This document shows positions 44,750-55,594 of a stretch of DNA of 55,594 nt, piece after piece. Location of the stretch: assembly GCA_002269645.1 (NCBI GenBank), contig NIVC01003092.1:1-55594 (forward strand), read 5' to 3'. Source of the stretch: Macrostomum lignano (Eukaryota). The notes under the pieces were generated by a model. That model saw only the letters and a program-made list of their open reading frames with translations. It was not told the origin of the DNA and ran no database searches. The translations under genes were made by a program, and so were the position numbers. Numbering within the stretch: position 1 is the first letter of the stretch; each line of letters begins with the position of its first letter.

Positions 44750-46471
44750 TGTCGCGACTTTCCTAGTCATTTCTTAGTTCACCTTCAATTGTCTCTGTTT
44801 ACTCCGTTTTCTCTCTCTCTGTCTAGCTCAATCTTGTTATTCTTATCTCTCTCTCCCTTGCTGCGTTCTGATTGGCTCTCCATTCTCGCCTCTCTCTTCA
44901 GTCGCGCACTCCACCCCCTCTCTTTATTATTCTAGGCTCAACCCCCAAAGTTAAATGTTCTATAAATATATCGGTTTGGGCCCTGCGCCCACTTACTGCT
45001 CCTTCAATTTAACTCCAATTAAATAGTTTTTAGTTTAGTTAGTATTTTTTCTACATGGCGCCCAATGAAAAATAATTAAGTCAATTCAGTAAGGCTGGCA
45101 AAGGCCATGCCATCGTCATAGTCGTAACCCTCCACCAGTCATCTCGTCATCCCGTCTGTCGGCCTCATCGCTTCGTTTGTCGGCCTCATCGCTTCGTCTG
45201 TCGGCCTCATCGCTTCGTCTGTCGGCCTCATCGCTTCGTCTGCCGGGGGTGCGTCCTGCGGTGTCCTCGGTCTCTCTCGGTCTCAAATTCTCGGCCGGGG
45301 CACCTCAGGGCTCGCCTGCCGGATCGTCTCTTCGCTCGTCGTCTGCCGGGGGTGCGTCCTGCGGTGTCCTCGGTCTCTCTCGGTTCAAATTCTCGGCCGG
45401 GGCGCCTCGGGGCTCGCCTGCCGGATCGTCTCTTCGCTCATCGCCTGCCGGATCGTCTCTTCGCTCGTCGTCTGCCGGGGGTGCGTCCTGCGGTGTCCTC
45501 GGTCTCTCTCGGTTTCCAATTCTCTGCCGGGGCGCCGCGGGGCTCGCCTGCCGGATCGTCTCTTCGCTCGCCTTCCGGATCGTCTCTTCGCTCGCCTGCC
45601 GGATCGTCTCTTCGCTCGCCTGCCGGATCGTCTCTTCGCTCGTCGTCTGCCGGGGGTGCGTCCTGCGGTGTCCTCGGTCTCTCTCGGTTCAAATTCTCGG
45701 CCGGGGCGCCTCGGGGCTCGCCTGCCGGATCGTCTCTTTGCTCATCGCCTGCCGGATCGTCTCTTCGCTCATCGCCTGCCGGATCGTCTCTTCGCTCATC
45801 GCCTGCCAGATCGCCTCGTTAATTCGTCATTCAATTTTTTCTTTCACCATGTAGTCACAATGTAAAAAATTAAATTAATTTTTAGGGGGGAGGGCGGATA
45901 TATTCAGTCTTTTCAGTCTTCTCATTGCTATGGTTCAAAAACTACTCAATAAAAATCTAAGTTTAAAATTCGGTCTTAATATTTTGCATTCGCTCTACTG
46001 TTTTTGTATTCAAATTCTTAGTTATATTATGTATTTTTCAAATCGTTTTATACACCATTTATTGTGAATGTGTTTTTCAATTTAATTCGACCTAATTCTA
46101 ACTCATTAATTTCAGTTGGTAATGGTACTCGAAAATTCAAAAAATGTTCCATTTTTTGGGGGGAGTGTCGCGACTTTCCTAGTCATTTCTTAGTTCACCT
46201 TCAATTGTCTCTGTTTACTCCGTTTTCTCTCTCTCTGTCTAGCTCAATCTTGTTATTCTTATCTCTCTCTCCCTTGCTGCGTTCTGATTGGCTCTCCATT
46301 CTCGCCTCTCTCTTCAGTCGCGCACTCCACCCCCTCTCTTTATTATTCTAGGCTCAACCCCCAAAGTTAAATGTTCTATAAATATATCGGTTTGGGCCCT
46401 GCGCCCACTTACTGCTCCTTCAATTTAACTCCAATTAAATAGTTTTTAGTTTAGTTAGTATTTTTTCTACA
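44750..46471 (+). mobile_element. Young non-autonomous LTR retroelement (TRIM-like), 1722 bp
   Basis: LTRs 44750-45055 and 46166-46471 (306 bp each, TG...CA, no differences seen). PBS TGGCGCCCAA at 45056; PPT ggggggag before the 3' LTR; TSD GAAAA at 44745-44749 and 46472-46476; no gag/pol motifs inside. Confidence 0.93.
45150..45815. repeat. Composite GC-rich tandem array inside the LTR element (21-bp, 21-24-bp and ~75-bp units)
   Basis: tcgcttcgtctgtcggcctca x4; tcgcctgccggatcgtctcttcgc(tca) multiple; tcgtctgccgggggtgcgtcctgcgg...cctcggggc x4. Confidence 0.92.
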
Positions 46472-46860
46472 GAAAAAAAGCATACATTGAAATAAAAAAG
46501 CACGTCCCATACTAATAGTATGATCTATTGAAAGTGAAGTAATAGCGTAACATCGTGTACCTATATTGTCCTCAGTCCAGCGAATTCAGCATTACTTGAA
46601 ATACAAAAGGCTTCGTTAAAGCCAATCCGCATGAAGGAAAAACTAGTTACAAGCAGTCTATTTACCTTTACCTTTACTAATACGCTATAATGCTGTACGC
46701 AATATGCCTGACTAATATGAATAAAAAATTCAATTACACTTGCGCTTAGGAAAAAACCTAAAATTGACAGTGAAACTGAAAAACTGAAACGCAGAGATTA
46801 GTTAAGCAGATTAAACAACAAATTCCGTTCGAGTGAGAAAGCAGGAGTTTCGTTATTTAG

Positions 46861-49800
46861 AGCACTCTGGCATCCAGCATTACGCTCGTAGACTATTAGC
46901 TGCTCTCCTGAGTTCGAAGCTGACAGGTCCGTTGCAGTCGGCATCGATTGAGTCGACTGCCAATTTAGTCAATGGGTTTCGTTTCTTCTTTTCACTGGAA
47001 CCTGTGGTGGGATTAGCAAAAGATCGATTTCGCATATCTATTTAGTGATTTCAAGGACGACAAAATCATTCTTCTCTGCATGTCAGCTCCAGAAGATGCT
47101 AGTTTGCTTGCAGCTTTCTGTAGGAGCATTCTACTTTAGTAAAGTGTACCCATTCTAAAATAAGCTGTTTTTAATGTGTCCCAACAAGTCTCTGTGCAGT
47201 GTGTCATCCGTTTGCCCATCAATTTGTTCTGGAGCCCTTTATTAATTGAGTTCTTTAGGTGACTTAACAAATGCGGAAAAAACTAGACACACACACACAG
47301 TGGCCCAACACTTCGTGTCCCAATAATTGCTAGGAAAAATGCACTGCAGTGTTTAAGCATCTCCTCTGAGGGGCCCTTGCATGCATAGCTATAGAAGCTG
47401 CTAAGACCCGATCTGAGAGTTAAAAGTACAAAAAGTTATAACGCTTCTAGACACGAAAACGAATGCAGCCACAGCATGAACTAACCTTTCATTGAAGCTT
47501 CTGCTTAAGACTTTGATGCTGTGAAGCATTCTGGCATCTAGCATTACTCTCGTAGACTATTAGCTGCTCTCCTGAGTTCGAAGCTGACAGGTCCGTTGCA
47601 GTCGGCATCGATTGAGTCGACTGCCAATTTAGTCAATGGGTTTCGTTTCTTCTTTTCACTGGAACCTGTGGTGGGATTAGCAAAAGATCGATTTCGCATA
47701 TCTATTTAGTGATTTCAAGGACGACAAAATCATTCTTCTCTGCATGTCAGCTCCAGAAGATGCTAGTTTGCTTGCAGCTTTCTGTAGGAGCATTCTACTT
47801 TAGTAAAGTGTACCCATTCTAAAATAAGCTGTTTTTAATGTGTCCCAACAAGTCTCTGTGCAGTGTGTCATCCGTTTGCCCATCAATTTGTTCTGGAGCC
47901 CTTTATTAATTGAGTTCTTTAGGTGACTTAACAAATGCGGAAAAAACTAGACACACACACACAGTGGCCCAACACTTCGTGTCCCAATAATTGCTAGGAA
48001 AAATGCACTGCAGTGTTTAAGCATCTCCTCTGAGGGGCCCTTGCATGCATAGCTATAGAAGCTGCTAAGACCCGATCTGAGAGTTAAAAGTACAAAAAGT
48101 TATAACGCTTCTAGACACGAAAACGAATGCAGCCACAGCATGAACTAACCTTTCATTGAAGCTTCTGCTTAAGACTTTGATGCTGTGAAGCATTCTGGCA
48201 TCTAGCATTACTCTCGTAGACTATTAGCTGCTCTCCTGAGTTCGAAGCTGACAGGTCCGTTGCAGTCGGCATCGATTGAGTCGACTGCCAATTTAGTCAA
48301 TGGGTTTCGTTTCTTCTTTTCACTGGAACCTGTGGTGGGATTAGCAAAAGATCGATTTCGCATATCTATTTAGTGATTTCAAGGACGACAAAATCATTCT
48401 TCTCTGCATGTCAGCTCCAGAAGATGCTAGTTTGCTTGCAGCTTTCTGTAGGAGCATTCTACTTTAGTAAAGTGTACCCATTCTAAAATAAGCTGTTTTT
48501 AATGTGTCCCAACAAGTCTCTGTGCAGTGTGTCATCCGTTTGCCCATCAATTTGTTCTGGAGCCCTTTATTAATTGAGTTCTTTAGGTGACTTAACAAAT
48601 GCGGAAAAAACTAGACACACACACAGTGGCCCAACACTTCGTGTCCCAATAATTGCTAGGAAAAATGCACTGCAGTGTTTAAGCATCTCCTCTGAGGGGC
48701 CCTTGCATGCATAGCTATAGAAGCTGCTAAGACCCGATCTGAGAGTTAAAAGTACAAAAAGTTATAACGCTTCTAGACACGAAAACGAATGCAGCCACAG
48801 CATGAACTAACCTTTCATTGAAGCTTCTGCTTAAGACTTTGATGCTGTGAAGCATTCTGGCATCTAGCATTACTCTCGTAGACTATTAGCTGCTCTCCTG
48901 AGTTCGAAGCTGACAGGTCCGTTGCAGTCGGCATCGATTGAGTCGACTGCCAATTTAGTCAATGGGTTTCGTTTCTTCTTTTCACTGGAACCTGTGGTGG
49001 GATTAGCAAAAGATCGATTTCGCATATCTATTTAGTGATTTCAAGGACGACAAAATCATTCTTCTCTGCATGTCAGCTCCAGAAGATGCTAGTTTGCTTG
49101 CAGCTTTCTGTAGGAGCATTCTACTTTAGTAAAGTGTACCCATTCTAAAATAAGCTGTTTTTAATGTGTCCCAACAAGTCTCTGTGCAGTGTGTCATCCG
49201 TTTGCCCATCAATTTGTTCTGGAGCCCTTTATTAATTGAGTTCTTTAGGTGACTTAACAAATGCGGAAAAAACTAGACACACACACACAGTGGCCCAACA
49301 CTTCGTGTCCCAATAATTGCTAGGAAAAATGCACTGCAGTGTTTAAGCATCTCCTCTGAGGGGCCCTTGCATGCATAGCTATAGAAGCTGCTAAGACCCG
49401 ATCTGAGAGTTAAAAGTACAAAAAGTTATAACGCTTCTAGACACGAAAACGAATGCAGCCACAGCATGAACTAACCTTTCATTGAAGCTTCTGCTTAAGA
49501 CTTTGATGCTGTGAAGCATTCTGGCATCTAGCATTACTCTCGTAGACTATTAGCTGCTCTCCTGAGTTCGAAGCTGACAGGTCCGTTGCAGTCGGCATCG
49601 ATTGAGTCGACTGCCAATTTAGTCAATGGGTTTCGTTTCTTCTTTTCACTGGAACCTGTGGTGGGATTAGCAAAAGATCGATTTCGCATATCTATTTAGT
49701 GATTTCAAGGACGACAAAATCATTCTTCTCTGCATGTCAGCTCCAGAAGATGCTAGTTTGCTTGCAGCTTTCTGTAGGAGCATTCTACTTTAGTAAAGTG

Positions 49801-52800
49801 TACCCATTCTAAAATAAGCTGTTTTTAATGTGTCCCAACAAGTCTCTGTGCAGTGTGTCATCCGTTTGCCCATCAATTTGTTCTGGAGCCCTTTATTAAT
49901 TGAGTTCTTTAGGTGACTTAACAAATGCGGAAAAAACTAGACACACACACACAGTGGCCCAACACTTCGTGTCCCAATAATTGCTAGGAAAAATGCACTG
50001 CAGTGTTTAAGCATCTCCTCTGAGGGGCCCTTGCATGCATAGCTATAGAAGCTGCTAAGACCCGATCTGAGAGTTAAAAGTACAAAAAGTTATAACGCTT
50101 CTAGACACGAAAACGAATGCAGCCACAGCATGAACTAACCTTTCATTGAAGCTTCTGCTTAAGACTTTGATGCTGTGAAGCATTCTGGCATCTAGCATTA
50201 CTCTCGTAGACTATTAGCTGCTCTCCTGAGTTCGAAGCTGACAGGTCCGTTGCAGTCGGCATCGATTGAGTCGACTGCCAATTTAGTCAATGGGTTTCGT
50301 TTCTTCTTTTCACTGGAACCTGTGGTGGGATTAGCAAAAGATCGATTTCGCATATCTATTTAGTGATTTCAAGGACGACAAAATCATTCTTCTCTGCATG
50401 TCAGCTCCAGAAGATGCTAGTTTGCTTGCAGCTTTCTGTAGGAGCATTCTACTTTAGTAAAGTGTACCCATTCTAAAATAAGCTGTTTTTAATGTGTCCC
50501 AACAAGTCTCTGTGCAGTGTGTCATCCGTTTGCCCATCAATTTGTTCTGGAGCCCTTTATTAATTGAGTTCTTTAGGTGACTTAACAAATGCGGAAAAAA
50601 CTAGACACACACACACAGTGGCCCAACACTTCGTGTCCCAATAATTGCTAGGAAAAATGCACTGCAGTGTTTAAGCATCTCCTCTGAGGGGCCCTTGCAT
50701 GCATAGCTATAGAAGCTGCTAAGACCCGATCTGAGAGTTAAAAGTACAAAAAGTTATAACGCTTCTAGACACGAAAACGAATGCAGCCACAGCATGAACT
50801 AACCTTTCATTGAAGCTTCTGCTTAAGACTTTGATGCTGTGAAGCATTCTGGCATCTAGCATTACTCTCGTAGACTATTAGCTGCTCTCCTGAGTTCGAA
50901 GCTGACAGGTCCGTTGCAGTCGGCATCGATTGAGTCGACTGCCAATTTAGTCAATGGGTTTCGTTTCTTCTTTTCACTGGAACCTGTGGTGGGATTAGCA
51001 AAAGATCGATTTCGCATATCTATTTAGTGATTTCAAGGACGACAAAATCATTCTTCTCTGCATGTCAGCTCCAGAAGATGCTAGTTTGCTTGCAGCTTTC
51101 TGTAGGAGCATTCTACTTTAGTAAAGTGTACCCATTCTAAAATAAGCTGTTTTTAATATGTCCCAACAAGTCTCTGTGCAGTGTGTCATCCGTTTGCCCA
51201 TCAATTTGTTCTGGAGCCCTTTATTAATTGAGTTCTTTAGGTGACTTAACAAATGCGGAAAAAACTAGACACACACACACAGTGGCCCAACACTTCGTGT
51301 CCCAATAATTGCTAGGAAAAATGCACTGCAGTGTTTAAGCATCTCCTCTGAGGGGCCCTTGCATGCATAGCTATAGAATCTGCTAAGACCCGATCTGAGA
51401 GTTAAAAGTACAAAAAGTTATAACGCTTCTAGACACGAAAACGAATGCAGCCACAGCATGAACTAACCTTTCATTGAAGCTTCTGCTTAAGACTTTGATG
51501 CTGTGAAGCATTCTGGCATCTAGCATTACTCTCGTAGACTATTAGCTGCTCTCCTGAGTTCGAAGCTGACAGGTCCGTTGCAGTCGGCATCGATTGAGTC
51601 GACTGCCAATTTAGTCAATGGGTTTCGTTTCTTCTTTTCACTGGAACCTGTGTGGGATTAGCAAAAGATCGATTTCGCATATCTATTTAGTGATTTCAAG
51701 GACGACAAAATCATTCTTCTCTGCATGTCAGCTCCAGAAGATGCTAGTTTGCTTGCAGCTTTCTGTAGGAGCATTCTACTTTAGTAAAGTGTACCCATTC
51801 TAAAATAAGCTGTTTTTAATTGTCCCAACAAGTCTCTGTGCAGTGTGTCATCCGTTTGCCCATCAATTTGTTCTGGAGCCCTTTATTAATTGAGTTCTTT
51901 AGGTGACTTAACAAATGCGGAAAAAACTACACACACACACACAGTGGCCCAACACTTCGTGTCCCAATAATTGCTAGGAAAAATGCACTGCAGTGTTTAA
52001 GCATCTCCTCTGAGGGGCCCTTGCATGCATAGCTATAGAATCTGCTAAGACCCGATCTGAGAGTTAAAAGTACAAAAAGTTATAACGCTTCTAGACACGA
52101 AAACGAATGCAGCCACAGCATGAACTAACCTTTCATTGAAGCTTCTGCTTAAGACTTTGATGCTGTGAAGCATTCTGGCATCTAGCATTACTCTCGTAGA
52201 CTATTAGCTGCTCTCCTGAGTTCGAAGCTGACAGGTCCGTTGCAGTCGGCATCGATTGAGTCGACTGCCAATTTAGTCAATGGGTTTCGTTTCTTAGCAA
52301 AAGATCGATTTCGCATATCTATTTAGTGATTTCAAGGACGACAAAATCATTCTTCTCTGCATGTCAGCTCCAGAAGATGCTAGTTTGCTTGCAGCTTTCT
52401 GTAGGAGCATTCTACTTTAGTAAAGTGTACCCATTCTAAAATAAGCTGTTTTTAATATGTCCCAACAAGTCTCTGTGCAGTGTGTCATCCGTTTGCCCAT
52501 CAATTTGTTCTGGAGCCCTTTATTAATTGAGTTCTTTAGGTGACTTAACAAATGCGGAAAAAACTAGACACACACACACAGTGGCCCAACACTTCGTGTC
52601 CCAATAATTGCTAGGAAAAATGCACTGCAGTGTTTAAGCATCTCCTCTGAGGGGCCCTTGCATGCATAGCTATAGAATCTGCTAAGACCCGATCTGAGAG
52701 TTAAAAGTACAAAAAGTTATAACGCTTCTAGACACGAAAACGAATGCAGCCACAGCATGAACTAACCTTTCATTGAAGCTTCTGCTTAAGACTTTGATGC

Positions 52801-55594
52801 TGTGAAGCATTCTGGCATCTAGCATTACTCTCGTAGACTATTAGCTGCTCTCCTGAGTTCGAAGCTGACAGGTCCGTTGCAGTCGGCATCGATTGAGTCG
52901 ACTGCCAATTTAGTCAATGGGTTTCGTTTCTTCTTTTCACTGGAACCTGTGGTGGGATTAGCAAAAGATCGATTTCGCATATCTATTTAGTGATTTCAAG
53001 GACGACAAAATCATTCTTCTCTGCATGTCAGCTCCAGAAGATGCTAGTTTGCTTGCAGCTTTCTGTAGGAGCATTCTACTTTAGTAAAGTGTACCCATTC
53101 TAAAATAAGCTGTTTTTAATATGTCCCAACAAGTCTCTGTGCAGTGTGTCATCCGTTTGCCCATCAATTTGTTCTGGAGCCCTTTATTAATTGAGTTCTT
53201 TAGGTGACTTAACAAATGCGGAAAAAACTAGACACACACACACAGTGGCCCAACACTTCGTGTCCCAATAATTGCTAGGAAAAATGCACTGCAGTGTTTA
53301 AGCATCTCCTCTGAGGGGCCCTTGCATGCATAGCTATAGAATCTGCTAAGACCGATCTGAGAGTTAAAAGTACAAAAAGTTATAACGCTTCTAGACACGA
53401 AAACGAATGCAGCCACAGCATGAACTAACCTTTCATTGAAGCTTCTGCTTAAGACTTTGATGCTGTGAAGCATTCTGGCATCTAGCATTACTCTCGTAGA
53501 CTATTAGCTGCTCTCCTGAGTTCGAAGCTGACAGGTCCGTTGCAGTCGGCATCGATTGAGTCGACTGCCAATTTAGTCAATGGGTTTCGTTTCTTCTTTT
53601 CACTGGAACCTGTGGTGGGATTAGCAAAAGATCGATTTCGCATATCTATTTAGTGATTTCAAGGACGACAAAATCATTCTTCTCTGCATGTCAGCTCCAG
53701 AAGATGCTAGTTTGCTTGCAGCTTTCTGTAGGAGCATTCTACTTTAGTAAAGTGTACCCATTCTAAAATAAGCTGTTTTTAATATGTCCCAACAAGTCTC
53801 TGTGCAGTGTGTCATCCGTTTGCCCATCAATTTGTTCTGGAGCCCTTTATTAATTGAGTTCTTTAGGTGACTTAACAAATGCGGAAAAAACTAGACACAC
53901 ACACAGTGGCCCAACACTTCGTGTCCCAATAATTGCTAGGAAAAATGCACTGCAGTGTTTAAGCATCTCCTCTGAGGGGCCCTTGCATGCATAGCTATAG
54001 AATCTGCTAAGACCCGATCTGAGAGTTAAAAGTACAAAAAGTTATAACGCTTCTAGACACGAAAACGAATGCAGCCACAGCATGAACTAACCTTTCATTG
54101 AAGCTTCTGCTTAAGACTTTGATGCTGTGAAGCATTCTGGCATCTAGCATTACTCTCGTAGACTATTAGCTGCTCTCCTGAGTTCGAAGCTGACAGGTCC
54201 GTTGCAGTCGGCATCGATTGAGTCGACTGCCAATTTAGTCAATGGGTTTCGTTTCTTCTTTTCACTGGAACCTGTGGTGGGATTAGCAAAAGATCGATTT
54301 CGCATATCTATTTAGTGATTTCAAGGACGACAAAATCATTCTTCTCTGCATGTCAGCTCCAGAAGATGCTAGTTTGCTTGCAGCTTTCTGTAGGAGCATT
54401 CTACTTTAGTAAAGTGTACCCATTCTAAAATAAGCTGTTTTTAATATGTCCCAACAAGTCTCTGTGCAGTGTGTCATCCGTTTGCCCATCAATTTGTTCT
54501 GGAGCCCTTTATTAATTGAGTTCTTTAGGTGACTTAACAAATGCGGAAAAAACTAGACACACACACACACAGTGGCCCAACACTTCGTGTCCCAATAATT
54601 GCTAGGAAAAATGCACTGCAGTGTTTAAGCATCTCCTCTGAGGGCCCTTGCATGCATAGCTATAGAATCTGCTAAGACCCGATCTGAGAGTTAAAAGTAC
54701 AAAAAGTTATAACGCTTCTAGACACGAAAACGAATGCAGCCACAGCATGAACTAACCTTTCATTGAAGCTTCTGCTTAAGACTTTGATGCTGTGAAGCAT
54801 TCTGGCATCTAGCATTACTCTCGTAGACTATTAGCTGCTCTCCTGAGTTCGAAGCTGACAGGTCCGTTGCAGTCGGCATCGATTGAGTCGACTGCCAATT
54901 TAGTCAATGGGTTTCGTTTCTTCTTTTCACTGGAACCTGTGGTGGGATTAGCAAAAGATCGATTTCGCATATCTATTTAGTGATTTCAAGGACGACAAAA
55001 TCATTCTTCTCTGCATGTCAGCTCCAGAAGATGCTAGTTTGCTTGCAGCTTTCTGTAGGAGCATTCTACTTTAGTAAAGTGTACCCATTCTAAAATAAGC
55101 TGTTTTTAATATGTCCCAACAAGTCTCTGTGCAGTGTGTCATCCGTTTGCCATCAATTTGTTCTGGAGCCCTTTATTAATTGAGTTCTTTAGGTGACTTA
55201 ACAAATGCGGAAAAAACTAGACACACACACACAGTGGCCCAACACTTCGTGTCCCAATAATTGCTAGGAAAAATGCACTGCAGTGTTTAAGCATCTCCTC
55301 TGAGGGGCCCTTGCATGCATAGCTATAGAATCTGCTAAGACCCGATCTGAGAGTTAAAAGTACAAAAAGTTATAACGCTTCTAGACACGAAAACGAATGC
55401 AGCCACAGCATGAACTAACCTTTCATTGAAGCTTCTGCTTAAGACTTTGATGCTGTGAAGCATTCTGGCATCTAGCATTACTCTCGTAGACTATTAGCTG
55501 CTCTCCTGAGTTCGAAGCTGACAGGTCGTTGCAGTCGGCATCGATTGAGTCGACTGCCAATTTAGTCAATGGGTTTCGTTTCTTCTTTTCACTG
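46861..55594. repeat. 664-bp tandem satellite, about 13.2 units, continues past the window end
   Basis: The anchor gtgaagcatt recurs at 47521, 48185, 48847, 49511, 50175, 50839, 51503, 52165, 52802, 53465, 54127, 54792 and 55455; units are near-identical. Confidence 0.98.

Noticed and set aside
1-55594. CRISPR arrays or a prokaryotic/phage origin
   Set aside because: All repeats are head-to-tail without unique spacers; genes have spliceosomal introns; eukaryotic SINE, LTR and mariner elements are present.
46861-55594. Hammerhead ribozyme or RNA gene in the satellite unit; small ORFs at 46833, 51618 and 53228
   Set aside because: No CUGANGA...GAAA core or tRNA/snRNA motif was found by eye; the ORFs use non-ATG starts and arise from unit-specific indels.

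Overview
Eukaryotic (animal) genomic DNA with short GT-AG introns, GC-rich exons and many mini/microsatellites; the style suggests a free-living flatworm such as Macrostomum (inference only). The core (4-43 kb) is a birth-and-death cluster of secreted proteins that all begin with a signal peptide plus a PAN/apple-like Cys module, fused to one of three C-terminal domains. Family A is PAN + F-type lectin (2 copies; one has a 1-nt frameshift). Family B is PAN + ALK/LTK-type glycine-rich domain with no EGF, transmembrane or kinase part (4 intact 4-exon genes of about 401-415 aa, plus at least 3 relics). The third is PAN + fibrinogen-related domain (1 copy). B1 and B2 form a tail-to-tail inverted duplication. 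B2 and B3 share a duplicated upstream block. B paralogs are near-identical except for short hypervariable patches. Also present: an orphan terminal exon resembling CC2D1/Lgd, a young non-autonomous LTR element (identical 306-bp LTRs, PBS, PPT, 5-bp TSD), a tRNA-derived SINE with a 13-bp TSD, a MITE, and mariner, gypsy and LINE relics. A 664-bp tandem satellite fills the last 8.7 kb. All gene models were assembled by eye from splice signals and reading frame; family assignments rest on recalled motifs, not on searches.
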